Assembly: GCA_964016885.1 (NCBI GenBank) | Contig: OZ024745.1 | Span: forward strand, 118,606,001-118,670,000 | Direction: 5' to 3' | DNA length: 64,000 nucleotides | Source: Eledone cirrhosa | Taxonomy: Eukaryota | Shown here: one piece after another, positions 13,392-24,745 of the stretch | Position numbering within the stretch: the first letter of the stretch is position 1 | Layout of the letters: every line of letters starts with the position of its first letter | Translations under genes and position numbers: made by a program | Notes under the pieces: model-generated | What the model saw: the letters and a program-made list of their open reading frames with translations, nothing else | What the model was told of the DNA's origin: nothing | Databases searched by the model: none

Positions 13392-13602
13392 ATTGTGAGG
13401 TTGTGAGTTTGATTCCCAGCCCAGGTGATGTGTTATGTCCTTGAGCAAGACACTTTATTTCACGTTCCTCTTTCAGCCAGGAGTTACATCCGGTAGATAG
13501 TATCAGCAATGGAAAGACCAATGGAAACATTGTTCCATTGGTCCGATTTGACGAATTCCACCCCACTTGGTAAGTGAATGAGGTCTGGGATCTTGTTGAT
13601 TG
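13392..13602 (+). mobile_element. CORE-like SINE (family C, tail type 1)
   Basis: ATGTCCTTGAGCAAGACACTTTATTTCACGTT core. Tail shared with 14640-14937 and 17960-18190. Confidence 0.75.
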
Positions 13603-13828
13603 ATACAATCAAAAATACACCACAGCCAAATCTTCATCAATAGACTAACCCCCCACTTCAACACATTTAACTGTTTTGCTTTATAAGGGTTAAAATCTTC
13701 AAAATCTAAAATCTTAAACATTTTGATACCAATCCACACAAAACTACATTTGGTTAAATGAAACAAAACCATCTGTTTAAAACTGTTCCTATTTAAATTA
13801 AAATATTCCAACATTATTTGATATAAGG

Positions 13829-13985
13829 GCATTGGATTGGCAGTATCAGTAGAGGGTCAGATGCCATGCTTTTCACCTTTACAGTCTGAGTTCAAATCCC
13901 GCCGAGGTTAACTTAAGATAAAATAAAGTACCAGTAATACATTGAGATAATTGCTGGCCTTGTGCCAAAACTAGAAACAATTATT
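13829..13985 (+). mobile_element. Family A SINE, internally deleted
   Basis: 16-bp TSD ATTATTTGATATAAGG at 13813-13828 and 13980-13995. Confidence 0.85.
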
Positions 13986-14009
13986 TGATATAAGGATTAT
14001 GGTTTGTCA

Positions 14010-14362
14010 TATGTGCAACAATGTAAATGTGAGAGAAAGACAGAACTTGGACGAGTTGAAGGAGAAGCTGAGTTTAAAAGGAATCTGAGGTGGTGTGCAG
14101 GAGAGAAGAGGGACATATGATGTGCATGGACAATGATCACTGGATGACGTGGTGCCAGGAAATCCTAGTGGAAGGAAGTTGCGGTAGAGGTAGAAGAAGA
14201 AAAACCTGGGCAGAGGTGATGCGAGCTGACCTCAAATTACTGAAACTCAGAGAGGAGATGATGAAGGAATGTGACAAGTGCTGTGTTGAAAAGGACCCAT
14301 CCAACCCATGCAAGCTTGGAAAAATGGACATGAAAATGATGATGATGATGATGATAATAATG
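14010..14362 (+). mobile_element. RTE family 1 3' fragment
   Basis: VEGSCGRGRRRKTWAEVMRADL and a (GAT)n tail. Confidence 0.8.
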
Positions 14363-14639
14363 ATTTGTTATGTTATGTTACAAATATAAATTTAATAAAC
14401 TTAATTTTAGTAAATCCCTCCAAATTATTAATTAATTAATTAATTAATTGAAATACAGTATATGTTATTATGGTAATGAAAGGGTTAATTGCATAACTGC
14501 CTTCAACAATATGGATCTGGTAGCCATAAATAGAAATTCAAAGTCAGAAAACTATATTTACTCATCTACTTCTAAATTGGTATGTCTGATTAAATAGTAC
14601 TTATTAAGGTTTTACAACAATAACAACACTAACAACAAT

Positions 14640-14937
14640 CATGAAATTACCTCTAGTTGGTCACTTGACCAACAAGATTGATCAATCAAATTCATCGACA
14701 AGATCCCAGACTTCACTCACAAGTGGAGTGGAACTCAGTAAATTGGACCAAGGAAACAACGTTTCCATTAGTCCTTCTATTGCTGATACTATCTACCGGT
14801 CGCAACTCCTGGCAGAAAGGTCAATGTGAAATAAAGTGTCTTGCTCAAGGATATAACGCATCACCTGGTCCGGGAATCGAACTCGCAACCTCATGACTGC
14901 AAATCCAATTCTCTAACCACTAAGCCACATGCCTTCA
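14640..14937 (-). mobile_element. CORE-like SINE (family C), near full length with tRNA head
   Basis: Minus strand reads GGCATGTGGCTTAGTGGTTAGAG (A box), GAGTTCGATTCC (B box), then the CORE-like segment. Confidence 0.8.
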
Positions 14938-15497
14938 CAACACAAAATAACAGTCCACCATCTTAAAAGAAGGGAACACAGCAGACAATGTGGTCCTAGA
15001 TAGTCCTAAAAAGACAGGATGGTCATGAATGGAATGTCTTTGATCATAAGTCTGTTGGATCAAAACTGTCCTGGAGCTAAACAACAAAAACAGGTCAAGA
15101 GATCAGTTTCGGGTGAAACAGATCAATGTAGTAGAGTGTGTGTGTGTAATGAGAGAGATAGTGATTGTGATTTTCTACATGCTGACGCGTATGAGTATAT
15201 AACTATTATGAGTATATAACTATAATCGCGCAAACACAAACTTATAAAAATACACAGACATACATTCACACAAATACACATACTTTCACACAAATATACA
15301 TACATTCACGCATACTTTCACACAAATATTCATACATTCACACAAATACATTTACACAAACACACACATACAGTCACGATAGCGTTCGGTGAAGTGGAAA
15401 TGGGAGGGTAAAACAAGTATAACATTTTATTTATTTATTAACTATTTTTTTAAAAACACATTTAATATAATGGTTACAGAAAGAAAACACTAACAAA

Positions 15498-15682
15498 TAT
15501 AATTGTTTCTAGTTTTGGCACAAGGCCAGCAATTATCCCAGTGTATTACTGGTACTTTATTTTATCGACCCCGTAAGGATGAAAAGTAAAGTTAACCTCG
15601 ACGGAATTTGACCTCAGACCGTAAAGGAACGTAACTATGCTGGAAACCATGGCGTCAGACCCTCTACCGATACTGCCAATTC
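15498..15682 (-). mobile_element. Family A SINE (young subfamily)
   Basis: Very similar to 22918-23101 and 63660-63842. Confidence 0.9.
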
Positions 15683-15694
15683 AATATAATATAT

Positions 15695-16290
15695 ACAAAG
15701 AAAAGGGAAAGGAAAAAAACAAAGAGAAAAAATACACAAGTAGGTAATACCCACATCTTAGGCCACAGAAAAATATGCAGGCGAAAGAGTGGAAATGAGC
15801 CGCTACCAGAGCAAAAGATAGCAATATAGCGAGGAGCACTAGGAAACCTCCCTAATAATTTTTGAGGCAGGCCAGCACGCTTAGAGCATTACAAGGGGTG
15901 ATGGCAAGGCTGAGGTGCTGGAACAACCAAGTGCCCTCACGAGCATCACCAGTTACCTCTGTTTGGCGAGCCGCCAGTGAAGATAAGAACCTCGCTGTCG
16001 GTAGCCCGTCTCCCCCAAACGTCACAGGCTGGATAATGTAGTTAGCTGACAGAACGTGGTATTTAGGATTTTTGTTCCGTTCAGCTGCGGTGGCTGTAGC
16101 TCTCGCCTTTACCACTGCATCCAGGATGTGGGAAGAAGCAAAAGAGTCACTAACTCTGATGTCCCGGCTAAGGCACCTGACCAGGAGCACAGAGTAAGAC
16201 CGTCAAGTCTTTTCCCATCAATTCAGGACAACCCAGACGGTTCCAAAATTGAGGGGATGTTTGCCTGGGCCAAAGCTCTTGAGTGGTAAT
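15695..16290 (-). mobile_element. CRE-clade non-LTR retrotransposon 3' fragment (restriction-like endonuclease domain plus 3' UTR)
   Basis: RALAQANIPSILEPSGLS*IDGKRLDGLTL, frameshift, then CLSRDIRVSDSFASSH...AAERNKNPKY...TGDAREGTWLFQHLSLAITPCNA. Matches the CRE RLE pattern (R.DGKRPDG, WD.T..D, AE..K..KY, FQRLS.AIQRGNA). Confidence 0.85.
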
Positions 16291-16479
16291 AGGACAGTGT
16301 GTGTATGTGTGCGCGCGTGAATTTGTCGGTGTTCTTAAATTAGAAACTCATGTGTGTGCGTCACTGTTTTTAAGTTAGACATATATATGTGTGTATCCCT
16401 TTCCTTCCTTTTACACACACATATATTCACACATTGCATGATGGACAGAAGTCCCTCAAATTTATATACATGTGAATAG

Positions 16480-17105
16480 AGTTCTACTGAAGCAGTTAGA
16501 GAATTTCAAGTATCTTGGAGGCGTGATCATGAGTGATGGAATGCAGGAGGCTGAATTAAGTGCATGAATTGCAAAAGCTGATGCAGTAAAGCGTCAGCCT
16601 CAGCATTCAGATGAAGGGGGTAAGTGAAAAAGCCAAACTCGCTGTCTTTCTGTATTCCTGCCAACTCTTACCGAGGATCATGAATCTTGAGTAATGACCA
16701 AAAGAATACAATTGCAAATAAAAGTGGCAGAAATAGGATTCCTCCGAAGGGTCTTCGGAGTAACGTTACTTGATAAAGTGCATAACTCAGAGACCAGAGA
16801 GTCACTCCTGGTAGAGCCGCTACTTCTCCGAATTGAGAGATCACAACTCCGATATTATGAGCATGTGGTTAGAATGTCTCAGTAAAGAATCGCTGGACAC
16901 ATTTTACAGACAAAACCAACCGGCAAGAGACCCAGAGGTAGACGCTGAGCAAGATAGTTGGATAACATCCATGAGTTTGGCTGATCACGCTTTGTGATCC
17001 AGCTGGATTAGTTAGAGATGTTTGCTACTGACAGACTCGCTGGAAGGAGTGTTTGAGAAGGACTCTGCCCCCATGACCCTCTCAGAAATAAGTGGGTGAA
17101 GAAAA
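16480..17105 (+). mobile_element. RTE family 2 (Expander/Rex3-like) 3' fragment
   Basis: VREFQVSW/FKYLG region, then MTKRIQLQIKVAEIGFLRRVFGVTLLDKVHNSETRESLLVEPLLLRIERSQLRYY. 3' end CTGCCCCCATGACCC...AATAAGTGGGTGAAGAA. Confidence 0.85.
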
Positions 17106-17181
17106 TATTGTCAATTTACTTTTCAATTTATATATATCTATATGCATATATATTTGCGTATAATACCAATATGCACACCAT

Positions 17182-17228
17182 ATATGCTAGTAGAAAACCG
17201 CCCGAAGGGGGGTTTTCTGCTAGTATAT
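17182..17228. repeat. Inverted repeat with CTAG near each end (Helitron 3'-end-like hairpin)
   Basis: ATATGCTAGTAGAAAACCGCCC-GAA-GGGGGGTTTTCTGCTAGTATAT: 22-bp arms with 3 mismatches. Confidence 0.7.
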
Positions 17229-17449
17229 TAAAATGGGAGGCTTTGTTTTATAGAGCCAGAGCAAGTTTTAGCTGGGATGGTATTAACAGGGTTAAAATAA
17301 GGACTATATGTTTAACATAATGCAGCATGTCTGTAGTTAGGGCTGAATTTCAAATTAAGTTGTGACTGTGGGTGATAATTCCTCAAGTTCATGAAACTTC
17401 ACCTTTTCATCAGGCAAGAAAATACTGGCTGTAACTAGTAGCTTGGGAA

Positions 17450-17612
17450 GTGGGGTAGTGTGACTGTGGGGGTGATTGTGAGATGGTGTGACATGGGGTA
17501 TGACATGGAGTGATTGAACTGTGAGATGGTGTGACTGAGGTGGTGTGACTGTGAGGTGGTATAACTGAGGTGGTGTGACTGTGAGGTGGTGTGACATGGG
17601 GTGGTGTTACTA
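17450..17612. repeat. Degenerate 14-16-bp GGTGTGACTGTGAGGT tandem repeat
   Basis: Direct reading of the sequence. Confidence 0.75.
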
Positions 17613-17959
17613 GTTGCCGTTGTTTCACATTAGATGAGCCCTGATTCGGCTGACCTTTGTTCAAAGGTATGACAGTCATATAAGTTGGATATTCAGACAT
17701 ATATCTAAAACTTTGTTATCCACTGTAACCATTTTGTAAAGTACAATATTATTTTAGGAGAACATCACTGCTATTTCTAACAAGCTGAGCAACCATGTAA
17801 GGGCTAACTCATTGGCACATTGTTATTATTGAGTGTTAGATCAGCTGTGATACAACCATTACCAATGATAAAAGGTTGATGCCCATGACAAAAGGTTGTA
17901 ATAGTATCCTTGTGTGCTATTGAAATGTTTATAATTAGATGGGCATGTGATCCAAAACA

Positions 17960-18190
17960 ACAAGATCAAAGACCTTATGGAGCTCATCAGATCGGACCAA
18001 GGAAAGAATGTTTCCATTGGTCTTTCTAATTGCTGATACTATCTACTGGCTGCATCTCCAGATAGAAGGAGCAACGTGAAATAAAGCTTCTTACTCAAGG
18101 ACACAACACATCAACCAGACCACCAAGAATTGAACTCACAACCTAACGATTGTGAATCCAACACTCTAACCACTAACACACACATTCACA
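17960..18190 (-). mobile_element. CORE-like SINE (family C)
   Basis: Colinear with 14640-14937. Confidence 0.7.
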
Positions 18191-18479
18191 TGTTCATGGG
18201 TTGTTGTTAATGTTACTGTATTCAGATATACATCTATGTTTCTGGCTGGATGGATATGTAAGTTGTAGAGATTATATAAATGTAAATATATTTAAACCTC
18301 AAGGAATTTTTAAGAGCTGCTACTTAACTTAGATTTTATAAATTTCCTCTTCATTTGGGATGCGAGTAAAATGCAGCTAATACTCCCAGAATATATATAT
18401 GTTCATGATGGCTAGATAAAGTGATTCAGTGGCTGTTCTGGTACAAGACAAATATCTGAGAGACTTGTTATTTAAATTG

Positions 18480-19940
18480 AAAATTATATGGTTGAAATGT
18501 CTGTTAAAGATGTGAAAGCGCAAAATGCAGCAGGATCATGTGGGATATTTGCTGAGATACTGAAAATATCCCGTAAAACAGGGTACACACTGCTTACTCA
18601 AATGGTGAATCAAGTAGTAGAGAAAGAGTTTACTTCTAATAGCATCCTCTTCAATTGCTACAAAAGCAAAAGAAAAGCTCTAGAAAAAAGCAACTACCAA
18701 AGCAACAAACTGATGGAGCATGTAACAAAAAATGTTTTAGCACAAATTACAGGGAAAATTAACTTGGATGAGATATAGTTCTCCCCCCCCCCCCCTAAAG
18801 TGAAGCAACTTCAGGAGAATTTCTTAGCAAAGAGCAAGCCACTGTAAACCTAGCATTCATTGAATTGAAGAAGACCTTTAACAGGGTATAGATAGATGTC
18901 ATGTGAGAGCTGTGCAATCTATAGTGATGCCATCAGCAAAGTGAAGAATTTAGTGTGAAAGTAAGTATCTTTCAGGATTTGTTGCTCAGCATTGTCCTCT
19001 TTATTATAGGTATTTAGAACAAAACAGCAGATTTCAAGACTGAATATTCCTGGGAACTTAAATGTGACAATGGCTTAGTCCTCAGAGGAGTTAAATCTTT
19101 TGAAGAATTAGAAACAAAGTTCTCAATATTGAAGCAAATAATAGAAGCAAGCAGTCTTGAGGTAAAGCTAGCAAAAGTAAAAGTTTTAGCAGCAGGGCAG
19201 AAAACAGGACTTTATTGCCACTTGGTAAGCAGCCATGCTTGATATGCTGTTGGTAAGAATATCATATGGTGTACCAAAGTACATTATGGGTGCAGAAGAA
19301 GTGCAAAATCGGTGCAGAAGGGTAATAAAACAGGCTGATAGAGAAGGAATTTGTAATAGTTGGGCAGAAGTAGAAAGCACCTACAAAAATAAATTCTTCC
19401 AAATGTTTGGAAGGTTTCCTAGAATCAATTGATAGCTTCTGTTATCTAGGTAACCTAAGTAGCAGTAAAAGAAGGTAGTCTGAAAGCAGAATAGCCAGTG
19501 TAAAAAACATAGTAGCCAGGAAACATTTAGAGAGCTATTTTACTTGTAACATCCATATATTTTCTATAAATAAATGGCAGATGGTATGATACTTGGGTAT
19601 GAAGGGCAATAATGCTGGAGGATATGCAAAAGCAGGATAAAATGAGATGAGGCGAGTATTTTTCACAGGACATATAATGTTTATGTGCATGAATGATGGA
19701 ACACAAATAAGCTGAGAGGAAAAACTGAGTATGAAGGTTGATAATTGTGTAAAGAAGTGTGCAGTAAACCAAGAGAACGGAACCTGTTGAAGGGGAAGAG
19801 CAAGGAAGACATGGAAAATATTGTGAAAAATTGATCTCATGAAGTTAAACACAATAAGAGATGACAAAGGACTGCTACAGCTGATGAGACTGTTTACTAG
19901 AGAAGACCTGTGAAACACAGGAAATTATGAAATACAACCA
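18480..19940 (+). pseudogene. Highly decayed RTE reverse transcriptase ORF (RT domain to 3' end)
   Basis: KAQNAAGSCGIFAEILK...CYKSKRKALEKSNY...INLDEI, then LAFIELKKTFNRV, DSFCYLG and GRARKTW, with many stops and frameshifts. Confidence 0.8.
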
Positions 19941-19957
19941 TAAAATAACAATCTTGG

Positions 19958-20795
19958 TAATGATGGTGGTGATGGTGGTGGTGGTGGTAGTGGTGGTGGT
20001 AGTGGTGATGCTGGTGGTGGTGGTGGTGGTGGTGGTGGTAGTGGTGATGGTGGTGGTGGTGATGGTGGTGGTGGTGGTGGTGGTGATGGTGGTGGTGGTG
20101 GTGGTGGTGGTGGTAGTGGTGGTGGTAGTGGTGGTGGTGGTGGTAGTGGTGATGGTGGTGGTGGTGATGGTGGTGGTGGTGGTGGTGGTGATGGTGGTGG
20201 TGATGGTGGTGGTGGTGGTAGTGGTAGTGGTGATGCTGGTGGTGGTGGTGATGGTGGTGGTGGTGGTGGTGGTGGTGGTGGTGGTGGTGGTAGTGGTGAT
20301 GGTGGTGATGGTGGTGGTGGTGGTGGTGGTGGTAGTGGTGGTAGTGGTGATGGTGGTGGTGGTGATGGTGGTGGTGGTGGTGATGATGATGGTGGTAGTG
20401 GTGGTGATGGTGGTGGTGATGGTGATGATGGTGTGGTGGTGGTGGTGGTGATGATGGTGGTGATGGTGATGGTGATGATGATGATGGTAGTAGTAGTGGT
20501 GGTGATAGTGATGATGGTGTGGTGGTGGTGGTGGTGATGGTGGTGGTGGTGATGGTGGTGGTGATGGTGGTAGTGATGATGGTGATGGTGGTGGTGGTGA
20601 TGGTGGTGGTGGTAGTGATGATGGTGGTGATGGTGGTAGTGATGATGGTGGTGATGGTGGTGATGGTGGTGGTGATGGTGGTAGTGGTGATGATGGTGGT
20701 AGTGGTGATGATGGTGGTAGTGGTGATGGTGGTGGTGATGGTGGTAGTGGTGGTGATGATGGTGATGATGGTGGTGGTGGTGATGATGGTGGTGG
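19958..20795. repeat. (GGT)n/(GAT)n/(AGT)n trinucleotide expansion
   Basis: Direct reading. Begins at the 3' tail of the preceding RTE. Confidence 0.95.
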
Positions 20796-22050
20796 TTGTC
20801 ATGTTGTTGCCATGTTGTTACTATCATGTTGTTGTTGTCATGTTGTTGTTGTTACTATCATGTTGTTGTTGTCATGTTGTTACTATCATGTTGTTGTTGT
20901 CATGTTGTTGTTGTTACTATCATGTTGTTGTTGTCATGTTGTTACTATCATGTTGTTGTTGTCATGTTGTTGTTGTCATGTTGTTGTTGTCATGTTGTTA
21001 CTATCATGTTGTTGTTGTCATGTTGTTGTTGTCATGTTGTTGTTGTCATGTTGTCATGTTACTATCATGTTGTTGTTGTCATGTTGTTGTTGTCATGTTG
21101 TTACTATCATGTTGTTGTTGTCATGTTGTTGTTGTCATGTTGTTGTTGTCATGTTGTTACTATCATGTCGTTGTTGTCATGTTGTTGTTGTCATGTTGTT
21201 GTTGTCATGTTGTTACTATCATGTCGTTGTTGTCATGTTGTCATGTTACTATCATGTTGTTGTTGTTACTATTATGTTGTTGTTGTCATGTTGTTACTAT
21301 CATGTTGTTGTTGTTGTTACTATTATGTTGTTGTTACTATCATGTCGTTGTTGTCATGTCATGTTGTTACTATCATGTTGTTGTTACTATTATGTTGTTG
21401 TTGTCATGTTGTTACTATCATGTTGTTGTTGTCATGTTGTTGTTGTCATGTTGTTACTATCATGTTGTTGTTGTTACTATTATGTTGTTGTTGTCATGTT
21501 GTTACTATCATGTTGTTGTTGTTGTTACTATTATGTTGTTGTTACTATCATGTCGTTGTTGTCATGTCATGTTGTTACTATCATGTTGTTGTTACTATCA
21601 TGTCGTTGTTGTCATGTTACTATCATGTTGTTGTTACTATCATGTCGTTGTTGTCATGTTACTATCATGTTGTTGTTACTATCATGTCGTTGTTGTCATG
21701 TTGTCATGTCGTTGTTGTCATGTTGTCATGTTGTTACTATCATGTTGTTGTTACTATTATGTTGTTGTTACTATCATGTCGTTGTTGTCATGTCATGTTA
21801 CTATCATGTTGTTGTTACTATCATGTCGTTGTTGTCATGTTACTATCATGTTGTTGTTACTATCATGTTGTTGTTGTTACTATTATGTTGTCATGTTACT
21901 ATCATGTTGTTGTTACTATCATGTCGTTGTTGTCATGTTGTCATGTCGTTGTTGTCATGTTGTCATGTTGTTACTATCATGTTGTTGTTACTATTATGTT
22001 GTTGTTGTTACTATTATGTTGTTGTTACTGTCAGGTTGTTGTTGTCATGT
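20796..22050. repeat. Modular (GTT)n satellite with GTCAT, ACTATCAT and ACTATTAT interruptions
   Basis: Direct reading of the sequence. Confidence 0.95.
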
Positions 22051-22189
22051 TCTATGTGAAGTGCACCATTTGATATTACATGTAATGATATGAATTCCAA
22101 CCTTTTCTGTGTGCACCATACTGCCATTGTTAAATGTGATGTTGTTGTTCTTGTTGTTTAACCTCAGTCTAGCAGACTCAGCAATCATA

Positions 22190-22408
22190 TAATGATTTCT
22201 TATATAGGCACAAGGCCAGTAATTTAGGGGGAGGGGGAGTCGATTAAACCGATTCCAGTACGTTACTGGGACTTTATTTTATCGACTCCGTAAGGATGAA
22301 AAGCAAAGTTAACACCAGCGGAATTTGAACTTAGACTGTAAAGGACCGTAACTCTATGCTGCAAAGCATGGTGTCCGACTCTACCGATACTGTCAATCCA
22401 CCGCTCCG
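22190..22408 (-). mobile_element. Family A SINE
   Basis: TSD AGCAAT(C/T)ATATAAT at 22180-22193 and 22409-22422. Confidence 0.9.
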
Positions 22409-22609
22409 AGCAATTATATAATCAAAAGCTTTCCAGTTGTGACCATTGCCTCTCTTTCTAAGATATATCAGTGAATACAATTTATTCATCTTAATTTAAA
22501 AACTGTAATGTCATTTGGCTGCTATTTCTAACAAGTTGACCAACCACATAGAAGCTCCTTGAACAGAAAGAGGTGAGAGAATTCTGGCCAGTTTAAATGC
22601 TAAAGGGTT

Positions 22610-23101
22610 AATAATGGTGGTTTTTTTATTTAGGCACAAGGCCAACAATTTTTTGGGGAAAGTCAATTAAAATCGACTCCTGTGCATTACTGGGACTTTA
22701 TTTTACCAACTCTTAAAGGATGAAAGGCAAAACTAACCTTGGTGGGATTTGAACTCAGAATGTAAAGGGACGTAACTCTATGCTACAAAACGTCTAAAAT
22801 TCTACCAGTTTGATTCCTTGAGCAAGACCCATTATTTCACGTTGCTAATTCAAATGCCCGGCTTTGTTACACATTGTCAGGCTGGATCTCCCTTTAATTA
22901 CTTTAACAGTGTATGTGTAATAATTGTTTCTACTTTTTGGCACAAGGCCAGCAATTACCGAGTACATTACTGGTACTTTATTTTATCGACCCCGTAAGGA
23001 TGAAAGGCAAAGTTAACCTCGGCGGGATTTGAACTCAGACCGTAAAGGGACGTAACTATGCTGGAAAGCATGGCGTCTGACTCTCTACCGATACTGCCAA
23101 T
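22610..23101 (-). mobile_element. Two family A SINEs (22610-22810, 22918-23101) flanking a CORE-SINE fragment
   Basis: Family motifs present. CCTTGAGCAAGACCCATTATTTCACGTTGCT lies at about 22816. Confidence 0.8.
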
Positions 23102-24149
23102 AATGATAATATTGATTTGTTTTCACTGGGAACACAACCAACCTGTACAGGTGTTTAACACTGATTACCATATTTCAAATCACATACTGTATTTCAATTA
23201 GTTGATAAAGTATTTGCAGGGATTTCTTAAACTGATTATTCCATTAACAGAGTATTTGTAACAAATCACTCTTATAACAAATTATATAAGAGGATTCTAT
23301 TCGGAACAGGAACCCTTTAAAATGGGGGGATTTTGTTTCATAAAACCAGAGGTTATTTGGGGCAGGTTGCTATCAAAAGTGTTAAATCAAACACAACTCA
23401 TGTTTAACTGTAACTGATTCTACAGGTTCTGTAGGTATGACAGTGAAAATCAACTTGAACGGGACTGAAATCAGTGCAGAAAAGTGAGAGACTAAATACA
23501 GAAAAACACCTATTTTTATACTCATGTTCAACAATTCTGGCAGCTCACCACCATAGAATTGGTAATACTAATGATGGCAAAAGGGGGCTGGATTGACAGA
23601 ATTGGTTGACTTTCAGAAAAAATGCCATTTAGGTGTTCTGGCTCTTTATATTTGGAGTTCAAATCCCACCGAGGTCAACTTTGGCTTTCATTTGTACTGG
23701 AGTTGATTTGATTTAATTAACTTTGCTGGCCTTGTGCCTAAATTATAAATCAATATTAATGACAGAAGAGGGCAGTGTATTGGCAGAATCAACAGTGCAT
23801 TGAAAAAAATTAGTTCAAATCCTGCCAAGATCAACTTTGCCTTTTATGTTTCTGGGTTTGGGAAATAGGTGAGGGGAAGTAGGGGGCAGTATGAGCGACT
23901 ATACCCTTCCCTGAAATTTGAGGTATCTACTCAAAGTAGAAATCAATATTATTAATAGTGATGATGATTATAAGAACTATCATTCTTGATAAATGGCATT
24001 GAGTGCAAGTGTTAGTGTATGGGTAACCAGAATATAATCAGGTGATGAACAACCAGGGTTGGTGTGTGGCTGGAAGAATATAGAATGATGTGTGACTAAA
24101 TTACTGTAATGTTTCTTTGATGTTATTGTAACATTTTGTTTTCATGTTT

Positions 24150-24410
24150 ATCTCTCCACAATGCTGTCCGTATTACACTGTGTGGGAGTTTTAAAGCAGA
24201 TACAAATTTTTAAAATGCTATCCAAGCTTTTGTTGCAGTTGCTGTTCCTGCCTCTAGAATCAACTGCTGATATATTGAAAGGTGGGACTTTATTGTTAAT
24301 GCTTCTAGCTCTACCACAAACATATGAGAGAGTGGTTGATACTTGGACAATTTGTCCTCTTTGGCCTGGCAAGCGGCAGAGCCCCGGCTGGTAGCTACAT
24401 GCAACAGGTT
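24150..24410 (-). mobile_element. Second, more decayed CRE-like RLE C-terminal fragment
   Basis: GSAACQAKEDKLSKYQPLSHMFVVELEAL...QCNTDSIV resembles GAAA..AE..K..KY..L...F.P...E..G...QRGNA.S. Confidence 0.45.
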
Positions 24411-24479
24411 ACCACTAGAAAAGATATCACAACATGTGACAAGTTGTTTGATTACTAAGATTTCATTTACAATTCACAC

Positions 24480-24745
24480 ATCATCATCATCATCATCATC
24501 ATAGTTTAATACTCATTATTCACACTAGCATGGGTAGGACGGGCTGTCACTTTGTGAGAGATCAGGTGGGAGAACTGTATTTCACTCACACAGAACTGAT
24601 TTTGGCTTGGCTTCTACGGCTGGATGCCCTTCCTAACACCAACCACATTTACAGTGTGGACTGGGTGCTTTTTGCCGTGACACCTACACGACCACTTTGC
24701 AATGTGGGCTAGGTGCTTTAGTTGTGACACCTACACGATCACTTT
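24480..24745 (-). mobile_element. Family B SINE whose internal unit expands into the adjacent array
   Basis: (CAT)n tail and GGCTGGATGCCCTTCCTAACACCAACCAC, running directly into two diverged 48/47-bp units. Confidence 0.85.

Noticed and set aside
14850-14937. tRNA genes at A/B box motifs
   Set aside because: These are SINE heads that continue into SINE bodies, with no complete cloverleaf.
19897-22093. Long ORFs of 300-524 aa (poly-H/T/P/V, C/Y-rich)
   Set aside because: Open in several frames and on both strands because of trinucleotide repeats; no gene context.
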